Assembly: GCA_010356995.1 (NCBI GenBank)
Contig: ML996705.1
Coordinates: 124,001-188,000 of the forward strand
Direction: 5' to 3'
DNA: 64,000 bases
Origin: Trichodelitschia bisporula
Lineage: Eukaryota
Each line of letters begins with the position of its first letter. Within the stretch, counting starts at the first letter, position 1. Under the pieces are notes generated by a model. The model did not search any database. It worked only from the letters and a program-made list of their open reading frames with translations, and was not told where the DNA came from. Below are positions 12,793-22,949 of this stretch, piece after piece. Position numbers and translations under genes: made by a program.

Positions 12793-13212
12793 GCGATTGA
12801 TGAGCCATCATGTGATCGTCACTTCCTGTTACGAGTCTGGTCGATCACAGAGCATCGATCAGCTTCACAGCTGATAGCATCTTCGCCTTGAATGGACAGG
12901 ATTTTTGAAGCCAATTTAAACGCCAACTTGTCCCAACTCCGGCCCAGTACCCACATGCAAAACGTGAGTGCGTCCCAACTCGCAAAGAATAGATGATGCT
13001 CTTAACGTAACTAACTGGTCGGACGTACAAAAATATACACAGGCATACACCCACAAACATAGCCAACTTCTCAAAAACCATGACTGTTGTCGGGGGAAAA
13101 GTCTCAAGCCTCCGCAGCAGACCCTCGGTACTGTAATTATCTGCAGCCCGCGATGTTGTGGCGGTGCCGCTTGCCAATATTAGCCACAGATAATTGATGC
13201 CTGAGGCACTAA

Positions 13213-13404
13213 TCACAGCCTCGTCGAACTTCCACGAACCTTTGTGCGTTTGACGTTGCGCAGAGACAGCGGCGCGTCAAGAGGATCACGTCGTGAGTTT
13301 GATTCTGAATCGACGTGCTTGACCAGCGATGGCTTCTTAGGGGAATTAACGAACAAGGCGTCTCCTCCGTCCGACGGTGTGAAGCATGAGAGTATAGATC
13401 CCAT
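13213..13404 (-). CDS. MGSxLSC micro-protein family, copy 1 (unspliced ORF extent)
   Basis: MGSILSCFTPSDGGDALFVNSPKKPSLVKHVDSESNSRRDPLDAPLSLRNVKRTK..., homologous to six other copies. GTTCGT donor-like site after the basic tail. Confidence 0.6.
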   Translation of the reverse strand: MGSILSCFTPSDGGDALFVNSPKKPSLVKHVDSESNSRRDPLDAPLSLRNVKRTKVRGSSTRL

Positions 13405-13624
13405 CCTCTGGCTTTCCTCATCCGTTGGCGCGACAAAATAAAACAGGAGGAATAAGTTTAATGGTGAGACGAAAAAAAATCCCTAATGGGTGAGAGATGA
13501 TAAGCTGGCGATGGAACGACGCTCAAAGAAGGATATGAGGAGAAACATCTGGGGTTTAAATGCAACTGTATTGCACTGACGGACTGACTGACGGACTGAC
13601 TATGATGATGTAAGGGGACCAGGA

Positions 13625-14190
13625 GCCAATCGGGGAACTCGGGGTCCCTAAAGGTAGAAAGTTGCTGCCGTCTATTGCTAAGACTTTGACTGATCAAAAG
13701 AGCGGAGACTATCAGGCGGGAAGTCGCCGATCGCCCATAGGCCAATCGGAGGTCATGTCGACCTGGTAAAAAGTTACTGCCGCTCACTACTAGGGTCTTT
13801 GCTGAGCGAGGAAGCAGAGACTATCGGGCAGAGGGTTACCTCCCATGGGCCAATCGGGGAAGCCAAGCCAAGCCTAAAGAAAGTACTTGCCGAATATCAC
13901 TGGTGCAGTTGCGAGTAAGGAAGCAGAGACTATGCGGAGGGTTGTTGCGAGCCCAAGGGCCAATCGGGGAAGTCATGCCAAGCTGCATGAAAGTTGTTGC
14001 CATCCCTCGCTATGACTTTAGCTGGGGAAGGAAGCAGAGACTATGGGCCGGGGGATCGTCCAGTGGCCAAAGGCCAATCGGGCAAGTCATCTCAGACCGA
14101 CGGAAAGTTGATACTGCACTCGCTAAGGCTTTTGCTGGGTAAGGAAGCAGAGACTATCAGACGGGGGCGCAATCTGACTTTTTCGGGTAG
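13625..14190. repeat. Tandem array of five 108-116 bp units containing an imperfect palindrome
   Basis: GCCAATCGG starts at 13625, 13741, 13849, 13959 and 14073. Each is followed by AAAGTT..., a (G)CTAxG..TTTGCT-like block (degenerate in unit 3) and a GAAGCAGAGACTAT-like block. Confidence 0.85.
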
Positions 14191-15122
14191 CCCATGGCCT
14201 CCCGATATGACGTTCCTACATCTCCACCGAGCAGCTATGTAGTATGGCTTGCAAGCATGCCCCTTCTCACCCGGTATACTCGCCCCTGTCTAGGGTGTGG
14301 TGGGGCCACCAAACTCTTTACCATAACTTCGGCTGCTGTAGTCTTGCTGCCCCAAGTCAAAATCTTTGGAAGAGCCAGGCCACACACTTTACGATCGGAC
14401 CAAACCAGAAGGGATCCATGGTTGAGGTTGCATGTGTAATCTCTCTCGTCAGCATCTGATCCGATGTGTGAAGCTGATGCCTTACTAAAAGCTCATTATG
14501 TAAGGTGTAAGGCTAAGGCATCTATTCAACTTTCATATCCTTTCATAGTGAGTTGTGCACGGCAACCCGGCAATGGCGCTATATATGGTCCCGGCGCTAT
14601 TGCCAGGACGTGGGCACCGTAGCTAACCACTAAATACGGCACCTCCGCTACCCCCAAATCGAACACAACATCTTGCTAGTATTGTAGTTCAGTATTTATA
14701 TAGGTTTGTTCGTCTCGTCCGGGTTTCTTTTTCAGATTTCGTCTTCAAGAGAGGAATGATTCATGTTAAGCTTATCGTTCGCACCAGCAATGAAAAGGAG
14801 AGTGTACTCCGTAGGAACCACACCAAGAACTCCAAGGAATGCGCTTTAGCGTCATCATTACCACCATTACCATCACCACTTCAGGCCGCACCAACGCAAT
14901 TTTTTTCAAACTTTTTAGGCATCATCCCAACATCTTATTGTACCCGGAGACCGAGTTTGTGTATTTATCTATCGTGCACTGTGGTCGTAACGTCATCGCA
15001 GACCTCTCGCTCCCTAGGGAGGAATTGGCTTGCGTGATCGTTCATTCCTGTCCCCTCGTGGAGTCTGGAGCAAAACTACCGGTATATGTGGTACCAATTC
15101 CGTCTGGTCGTCCTTTCAATGA

Positions 15123-15350
15123 TTAGCCGCCATTGATGCTTAGGCATGATGCAGTAGCCACAGCCTTGTTGAAGGTTGAGTCACCTTCAATAGGTTGACG
15201 TTTGCGCAGCGGTAACGGCACGCCAAGAGAACGATGCCGTGGATTTGATACTCCATCATAATCTTTGACCGAAGATGCCTTCTTAGGGGAGTCAACGGGT
15301 AAGGCGACCGTTCCAGCGGACAGTGGGAAGCATGAGAGAATTGATCCAAT
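15123..15350 (-). pseudogene. MGSxLSC micro-protein family, copy 2 (ATT in place of the start codon)
   Basis: Reads (I)GSILSCFPLSAGTVALPVDSPKKASSVKDYDGVSNPRHRSLGVPLPLRKR..., colinear with copy 1. Confidence 0.55.
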
Positions 15351-15703
15351 TCTTGGGCTTTCTTCTTTAACCGTTAGCGCAAATTTGTGATGAATGCGAA
15401 GAACAAACTTACAGTAAAGTTATGAAGATAGCTTCCTGATGGCAAGTTCTGACTAGCTGGAGGAGAGAATGATGGCTAAATGAAAGTATCAAGAGAAGTA
15501 TTGTGGGCTTACATACTATGAGATCGTTTACCTATGATAGCTACCACCGGCCTTGCAGCTGGCCACTAGCGGAGCTTCGGCTGCTGTGCAGCGGCTGATG
15601 GGGGAGCGTCACTTCTGAAAGTGGTCTCAAAGTGAGGCGGATTGCCTGTGGCTTAGGTAGACACCCCTTGCACCCAGCCTCAGGCACAAGCCACAGCCTC
15701 GTC

Positions 15704-15904
15704 CTAGACTAGCACGACTAGGTACGTAGTACCGTACGTACCTCTGCCTCGTCTCCGTACATACGACGCTAGCAACGCATGCCGACAATCGCGCGGTTCA
15801 TTCGTCTCCGAATCAACATGTTTAACCAAAGATAACTTCTTCGGGGACTCAATCGACAAGTCATCTCCGTCCAGCGGCGCGAAGGCTGAGAGCACCGACC
15901 CCAT
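15704..15904 (-). CDS. MGSxLSC micro-protein family, copy 3 (unspliced ORF extent)
   Basis: MGSVLSAFAPLDGDDLSIESPKKLSLVKHVDSETNEPRDCRHALLASYVRRRGRG; GTACGT donor after the Arg-rich tail. Confidence 0.6.
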   Translation of the reverse strand: MGSVLSAFAPLDGDDLSIESPKKLSLVKHVDSETNEPRDCRHALLASYVRRRGRGTYGTTYLVVLV

Positions 15905-16354
15905 CTGTGGCAGTGCTTCCTGTCCCTTGGCGTGATGCAGTGGGGATGCGAAGAGCAATGATAATGCGAGGACGATAGACTCCGCGATTACGAGTATAAG
16001 CGCAGGACCAGCCGGAGGAAAAAAATATACCTAAACAAAAACAATAAGAGAAGCATCTGGGTTTTAAATGCTACGAAACCGTTCATCATGACCAGGCATG
16101 TCAAGAGAGATATCAGTGACATTCCGAGAGAGATGCTAAAATCATTAGAAGTGAAAGTTTCCTGAAAGTTCGCCAAGAGCAGAGTATATTAACAGCCTCA
16201 TGCTCGAACTGTGAGCGCATCCACGTGCTATGACTATATCTGACAGGCTTGTTGAGTTTGTCATCCTTGCTGCGAGCTGATCTCCCTTCATTCGCCCGTC
16301 GTGTGTCCCTTTTTTGTGTTCCACCGGGTGTCCCCGAATCCGGAGCCCTGGAAT

Positions 16355-16625
16355 CTACCCCGGGCGCCTCCCCCCCGCAACTACCGGTAGGTCAGCCACG
16401 CCGATCGCCCCAGCCTTAAACATCAGCCACAGCCTTGTCCGAAGAAACTTAACACACACCTCTGCCTTGTCTCCGTTTAAACGATGACGGCGGCACATAA
16501 AGCCTCTCCCTTCGCTCGTTCGTCTCCGAATCGATGTGTTTGACCAGCAAATCCGACTTCTTAGGGAACTCAGTCGCCAACCCGTCTCCGTCGGACTGCG
16601 AAAGGCATGAAAGCATAGACCCCAT
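16355..16625 (-). CDS. MGSxLSC micro-protein family, copy 4 (two exons)
   Basis: MGSMLSCLSQSDGDGLATEFPKKSDLLVKHIDSETNERRERLYVPPSSFKRRQGR|VAGGRRPG*; predicted intron 16381-16459 (GTGTGT..GCTGAC..TAG). Confidence 0.6.
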
Positions 16626-16789
16626 ATGTGACTGTGCGCACCGCCTCTTGGCGGGAGGGTCGCAGTAACGCAATGGTTGAGTGCTAGGAAGAAATGTAAC
16701 GCGAGGAGGATAGCGTTCTGATCATGAGCGTAGGCTAGCAGAAGGAGAGACCGACGACTTATCAAACAATGCGAAGGCATACCGCATAA

Positions 16790-17035
16790 CTGAAGTGCCA
16801 ACGGCATCCATGAAAGACAAAAAAAATTGAGGAGGGCCAAAGCGTCTGTGACGTGCCGACGGCATCCATGAAAATCCAAAAAAATGTGGAGAGTCAAAGC
16901 GTCCTGAAGTGCCCTAGTTCTGAGATGGGAAAGGCTACACATAAACACCCCAAATTTCTGAGATGGGAAATACTGCATAAACACCACCAATCTGAGATGA
17001 AAATATTGCATATATGCCCCAAATTTCTGAGTTGC
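16790..17035. repeat. Short local tandem duplications (~58-bp x2 and ~36-40-bp x3-4)
   Basis: GGCATCCATGAAA..AAAAAAA..CAAAGCGTC occurs twice; TCTGAGATG(G)GAAA..CATAAACACC is repeated. Confidence 0.6.
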
Positions 17036-17220
17036 AAGTCACTTTAGGAAAGTGCCTATCCTTAGCACGGAGGGCCGTGCGGGATGGCGAGATCCTATTC
17101 GTTCCTAAGCTCATTGCGTATGACATCTTTCCTTCTACCGAGGCGTAATGGAGAAGCAGGCCCATGTGTGACGTTCTTTCTTGTACGGCGTACCTCTCCG
17201 AATCCGAACCGTTGGAACGT

Positions 17221-17484
17221 TTATCCCGTCGTGCCCGTGCGACCGCCGCTCACCCTTCTTGCAACTGGGTCAGCCACGCCGACCATCACAGCCTTAGGCA
17301 CCAACCACAGCCTCGTACTTTTGCCTCGTCTCCGTCTGTACAGCGCCAGCTGCTTAGGAATCCGATCCCGTCACTCGTTCGTCTCCGAATCGACGTGCTT
17401 AACCATCAAATCCGACTTCTTAGAAGATTCAATCGATAACTCGTCTCCGTCCAGCTGTATGAAGCACAAGAGCGCCGACCCCAC
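17221..17484 (-). pseudogene. MGSxLSC micro-protein family, copy 5 (GTG start, in-frame TGA)
   Basis: (V)GSALLCFIQLDGDELSIESSKKSDLMVKHVDSETNE*RDRIPKQLALYRRRRGK; intron-like GTACGA..GCTGAC..CAG is retained. Confidence 0.6.
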
Positions 17485-17814
17485 CCGTGGCTGTAATCCC
17501 GGTCGAAGCAACGCAATGGTGAGGATGCGAAGAACAAATGTAATATGAGGAGGATAGAGTTCGCGATGATAAGCGCTGAATAACTGGAAAAATGAAACGG
17601 CGCATAGAGGAAGAAGGGAAAGATATGTAGTTGGTATTCCTCGGGTATAGATCCCACACGAGCTGCCACTAACGGCCACCTAAATGAAATCGTGGCGCCT
17701 CTCTCCACTGTGCAGGGTATCTTTAACTGTGGATGGGGAGAACTTCTTACTGCCTTGGACCCCAACCAGCGACAAGCCCATTGCATTACACAAACTCTTC
17801 CGGCGGATGCACCC

Positions 17815-18630
17815 ACATGGATGACCATGGCGAACATGTTGTTAAATTTCTCTTACTTGACGCGAGTTCATACGGTATCCTTCCCAAGCCCATCGTGTGT
17901 GGACATTCTTCATCACACGCGAAAATCCCGAACTCCGACAACCTCGAAGTCAACCGGCATTTCCACAGACGCCAACACGGCGAAGGACCAATCGACGGCA
18001 GCTGGAAATGTCAAGACATCTACCCCGCGACGAAGGCCGGGGCGAACAAATCGTAGCCCCGTCAAGCTGTCCTCCCTGACAAACGCCGACTATCCGAATC
18101 CCTCTCCGAGCCCGCAGCGTCGATGAAGCTTCCCTTTTTTTTGTATGCAGCCTTTCCATCCGCGTGCGAAAGTATTGCGATACAAGGTGTGGTTCTGTGT
18201 GGCGGTTTGGTGGGGTCACGATTTATTGGCTCGGCCCTGTGAAAGGATCAGCCACAACGTCCCTCAGCCTTGAGCACCGGCCATGGCTTCGTCCTCAGTT
18301 CTCAAGACATACCTCATCGTGCTCGTCTCCGTTTGCGCGATACCGGCGACCCGCAAACCCGGTCCCGCCATTCATTCGTCTCCGAATCGACGTGTTTGAT
18401 GAAATCCGACTTCTTAGGAAACTCGATATCCATGGACAAGTCATCTCCGTCGAGCGGTGCGAAGCATGAGAGCGAAGACCCCATCTGTGGCTGTGCCCCC
18501 CTCGCAGTGATGTAATGGTGAATGATGTGAAGAACAAATGTGATGGGAAGACAATGGAGTTTGCGATGAAAGTACTAGATAGATAGAGGAGAGAAACGGT
18601 GCATGGAGAAAGAAGGGAAAGATATACTCA
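17815..18630. repeat. Segmental duplication unit A (paralogous to ~19445-20520)
   Basis: Shared blocks GTATCCTTCCCAAGCCCA, GACCAATCGACG..AAATGTCAAGACA and TATCCGAATCCCTCTCCGAGCCCGCA, then the micro-gene and its CT-rich leader. Confidence 0.8.
18314..18484 (-). CDS. MGSxLSC micro-protein family, copy 6 (56 aa; stop just before the conserved donor)
   Basis: MGSSLSCFAPLDGDDLSMDIEFPKKSDFIKHVDSETNEWRDRVCGSPVSRKRRRAR*, followed by GTATGT..GCTGAT..CAG. Confidence 0.6.
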   Translation of the reverse strand: MGSSLSCFAPLDGDDLSMDIEFPKKSDFIKHVDSETNEWRDRVCGSPVSRKRRRAR

Positions 18631-19444
18631 TGGCTTATCGGCTATACTGGATGCGACTGGGCGCCGATGTTGTGTGTCTAGCGTAGAAGACCCTTGCGCA
18701 CACAGTGGAGGCGCCTTTAACGGGCGCGGGAAGAGGTCTTGAACGGGCGCGGGAAGAAGGGTAAACTGGACCCCTGCAGGCCAAAGGCCAATCACAAAAG
18801 GTGCCGTCTGCACCCGTGTGGGAGAGGTTGTAATGTGGCAGCCAGCCACTACAACCCGATAGGTCCACAACCGTTTCTGTGTCCCAAAGACCGAGGAACA
18901 AACAAGGCGTACTACATTTTGCCTTCGTGACAGACTTTGCCTTTGCATCAGACGTGCCTTCGCAACTGCAACGGTATTCAAAAAAGGTCGTTCCTGCGGC
19001 GCATTGGACCTCAGCCGATGCAAACACAGAGCCCATTGGTGCGAAGCCGATACATGCGACGTAGATCAGCTGGGGCGTGGTGACTTTCACGGTCGGTCCA
19101 AACGGAACCAATTAGGCGCGGCCTTCAAGCCGTTACGAACCATACAACCGATTGGGCGCGACCTTCAAGCCTCCGCGAACATAGACCTTGGGCGCGGCGA
19201 CTCTCCAGCCCTTAACTCAGTCGTAGCTGTACTTGGTCCAAGGGCTTAGCGGGAATTCGTGACCATCTCCGCGAAAATAACGTAGCCGTCTCTTGCTAAG
19301 CCTTTTGCGGAGATAAGAAGCAGGGACTATTGGGAAGCGGGGGCGGAAGGCGGCCACGACTTTTTAGGGTATGCCTTGGTCCATTAGACCTCAACGAGCG
19401 ATAGATCAACTGTATTTACACGAACTTGCTCTGCAGATGCACTC

Positions 19445-20520
19445 ACAAGCCATGACTACGGCGAACAGATTGTTGAACTTTTTTCCTTCTTGATGCGAGC
19501 TGATACAGTATCCTTCCCAAGCCCACGGTAGTCAACCGGCACCTCCACCGACACCAACACGACGAAAGACCAATCGACGACATCCCGAAATGTCAAGACA
19601 GATATCCTCGCCAACCAAGGCCTGGGCGAACAGATCGTGGCCTCCCTCAAGACAAAATACGAAGCGCGATATAAGGTACAACCCGCCTGCCAATGGACAG
19701 CAAACCATCTAACCCAAGCCTGCAGTCTTCCGCAGCAAGCAAGTCACCTTTGTTGCACACGCTGCTGGCGGCGTACGGATCCGTACTCTCGACCTCCCTA
19801 CCTAAAACTCCTCAAGCACCCACCTACAAACCCTCAAAGCACCTGCATGCTGCTGGACAGCAAGCGGCAATACCGTGGCAGGTGCCTGTTACCCGTAAGA
19901 TGCCCGTCCTAACGAACATCAACTATCCGAATCCCTCTCCGAGCCCGCAACGTCGACGAAGCCTCCCAGTTGTTTGTATCCAGCCTTTCCTTCCACGAGC
20001 AAAAGTATTGAAATGCTCTAACAAAACATTAGGCTTGTGGTTCAAGGTGTCGTTCCATGTTGCGGTTTGACGGGGTCTCGCTCGGCCCTTGCCCTGCCAC
20101 GCCTGCCTACAGTGCGGAAAGCATCAGCCACGACGTCCCTCAGCCTTGAGCACTAGCCACAGCTTCGTCCTCAGTTCTCAAGACATACCTCGTCTTCGTC
20201 TGTACGATACCATCGGCTTGTAAATCCGATCCCGTGGTTCATTCGTCTCTGAATCGACGTGTTTGACGATATCAGACTTTTTAGGGAACTCGATATCGAT
20301 AGACAAGTCCTCTCCGCCGAGCGGTGCGAAGCATGAGAGCGCAGACCCCATCTATGGCTGTGCGGCCCGTCTCTGGCCGGGAGGCAGCGACGTAATGGGG
20401 AGAATGCGAAGAATAAATGCAATAGAAGGATGGTAGAGTTTGCGATAAAAGCGCTGGACAGATAAAGGAGAGAAACGGTGTATACCGACATGGAGAAAGA
20501 AGGGAAAGATATCAGCTTAT
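19445..20520. repeat. Segmental duplication unit B (paralogous to ~17815-18630, with ~250 bp extra near 19640-19895)
   Basis: Colinear similarity with unit A, including the YPNPSPSPQRR block at 19924 and micro-gene copy 7. Confidence 0.8.
20042..20351 (-). CDS. MGSxLSC micro-protein family, copy 7 (two exons, apparently intact)
   Basis: MGSALSCFAPLGGEDLSIDIEFPKKSDIVKHVDSETNEPRDRIYKPMVSYRRRR|GRRGRARAERDPVKPQHGTTP*; predicted intron 20107-20188 (GTATGT..GCTGAT..TAG). Confidence 0.65.
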
Positions 20521-21430
20521 GGGCTCTGCTAAAGTACGAATAATGTAACCGGACAAAAACTGCGGAAATAAGATCTTTGCGGCGGCGTCTAGCCAATAAG
20601 CGTACTCAGCGTCGACGTACCCGCGATGCGGCCTAGATGCGGCCTATCCTTGTTCACAATATCTGCCCTGTTGGTTTAAGAAGCAAAGGGTGAGGCTGAA
20701 GCGGTCTAGCGTAACTTCCATTGCACATGAAGGATTTGCCTTTTTGTTGTATGATGCAAAGGGAGTGCGGAACGGTTGGAGTCTACTGATTGAAATGGTC
20801 CCCCAGACCTACCGGGTTGTAAGCGGGAGGCATGTCTATTGGATTATCTACGTACTGAACATTGCCGGTCCTTGGTCGGTAAATCCTTCATGAAGTGATC
20901 TTTACGCTAGACCGCTTTCTGTGACAATCCACCTTTGAATCATCAAATACCGTAGCCGTAGTTCCATCTCAGCGATAATTTTAGCACCGCGACAGTGCGA
21001 TACCGGCGACGACTTACGGAGGTAGTCAAAGGCCGTTTAAATCTGGCGTAACTGTCAATCGACAGCGGTATGATTCCTCTTCCAACCCGGCACTCGGTTG
21101 TCGCTAGGCACTTGGCGCCAGAGCTTGGCGTGAAATTCGTAGCCTGTCCCCGAAAAGATTGTAGCCGGGTCTCGCTAGCACTTTTGCTGAGCTCGAAGCA
21201 GGGACTATATCAGGGGCGAGGGGGCGGGGGCAATGACTTTCCCACCGGCCCTCGAATCTCAGTAGCCATCACGATCGATATCTCGGCATATTAATCCGCA
21301 AGACTTGAGTTCACATCATTCTCCTGCCAACCGGCGCACCAAACAGCCAACTATCATCCCTCGCAATTACACCGCGCGCTCCGTAGATCAAGACAAATGT
21401 GCCTTTTTCTCTCACCCTCCAGCACCCCCC

Positions 21431-22949
21431 TCATAACTTCTTCAACCCCCTAAAAATCGCCCTCACCCCCTCCGCCCCCGCCCTCCCCTTCTCCCCCCCA
21501 ACAGCCCCCTCCACCTCCCCAATCCTCGCAAACGCCTTCGTCTCCAGCACCTCCAGCACCCTCCGCGTATACTCAAAACTCCCCATCCGCTCCATAAACG
21601 CAATAGCATACCGCTTAACATCCTCATCCATAGTCCGCTGACGCAGGATATTCAGCAACGTAAGATCCGACGCATCGGCGCGGATGGCGTGGAGAATGGG
21701 GAATGAGAACTTGCCCTCGGTCAAGTCCTCCGCCAGCCCCTTGCGCGCCGTATACGTCTTCGAGCTCAGATTGAGCAGGTCGTCCAGGATCTGGAAGTAG
21801 AGTCCGATGGCCGAGACCAGCGGCACGCAATCGAGCTTCGCGCCTTGCTCCGCGAGACGCGCGGCGACAGGCGAGCACGCCTGCATCAGACGCACGGCGA
21901 GCCGGAAAAGGCCGCCTGTTTTGTTGGCCACCATTTGCAGGTAGGCCTCCTCGGTGGGACACGTCAGGGTGTCGCGCCAGAAGACGTCCATGCCCTGGCC
22001 GCGGTGGAGGTTAAGCAGCTCTTCGATGAAGATGGGGATTGCCTCAGGGGTGCCCAGCGCGGTTAGATCGGCTAGTGCGAGGAAGTAGACGTAGTTGGCG
22101 CTGTTGATTGTCTGGGCAGTGCCGAAGATGTTGTGTGCGACGGGGACACCGCGGCGCAGGTGCGATGAGTCTTCGACGTCGTCGACGCTGTGCGGAGCTG
22201 CTGTTAGCATCTTTTGAGGCAGAACTTGAAGCGCGGTATTACGAAAGGAAATGGGTGACGAACAGCAAGCTCGCCGTGTGCAGCATCCCCACCACACGCG
22301 TGATGGTCGCCAGTTCCGCCGCCGGCACCTGCAGCCACTCGTTAAAGGCAGCAATGAGCTGCGCGCGCACATCCTTGCCAGGATGACCGTAGAGATAGTG
22401 AAAGGGAGCAAGGAGGATAGTTTCGTTCTCGGGCGTCCACGACGGGCTATACTGTTCTATGATGTCGTCACCGATGGTGGGCGGGGGCGTGGTCGGGCCC
22501 CGGAAGGGCGGTGCACTAGCGGGTAGGGCTGTAGGGAGAACGTGCATCGTCAGCAAAATCCGACCTGGCAGCATGCCCCGCGGGGCCGCACCGCGCGCAT
22601 CGTGGAGCGGTTCCTCACCCTCGCTTTCGCGCGCCTTGCCCTTGCCCGCGCTGGAGCTCGCATGCTCGTTCATGTCGTGTCTGGAGCGGGTATTCCGCCT
22701 CGAGCGACTCGCTGCGGGAGCCGGATCGTGATGTGATGATTCGGGCGCCGTGCTGTCGGGGTATCCGCTGCGCTTGGAGCTCATGCGGCTGGGGACGGTG
22801 TGGTCCGTGGCTGCGCTGGAGGGGATGGCGAAAGGGGCAGCTCCAGAACCGGACAGTGTGAGGCGGTGAGAGGACGAGCGGGGAGGGATAGTTTTGAGGG
22901 GGAGTTGGGTGATTGGAGGGGGGGTGGATGCCTCGGCCGTGGTTGCCAT
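21431..22949 (-). CDS. BTS1: Geranylgeranyl pyrophosphate synthase (BTS1/al-3 type)
   Basis: Motifs PGKDVR, LHTASLL|VDDVED (FARM, joined across intron 22188-22263), LRRG, GQGMD, KTGGLF, FQILDD (SARM) and [11 protein letters not shown]. Long Ser/Pro-rich N-terminal extension. Confidence 0.93.

Noticed and set aside
13625..14190. CRISPR-like array
   Set aside because: Eukaryotic context, no cas genes, degenerate multi-box repeats, and linkers that are not unique fixed-length spacers.
18628..19249. Cys-rich ORFs between micro-gene copies 6 and 7
   Set aside because: Overlapping short frames on both strands with no recognisable motif, start context or paralog.
13213..20351. Micro-genes as mating pheromone precursors
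   Set aside because: No C-terminal CAAX box (a-factor type) and no signal peptide or internally repeated Kex2-flanked units (alpha-factor type).
12800..21400. Autonomous transposon or Starship as the source of the island
   Set aside because: No transposase, reverse transcriptase, integrase or tyrosine-recombinase ORF, and no clear LTRs or long TIRs were visible.
21431..22949. Terpene or indole-diterpene biosynthetic cluster around the GGPP synthase
   Set aside because: Neighbours are cdc14 and transketolase, with no cyclase, P450 or prenyltransferase; it fits the primary-metabolism enzyme.
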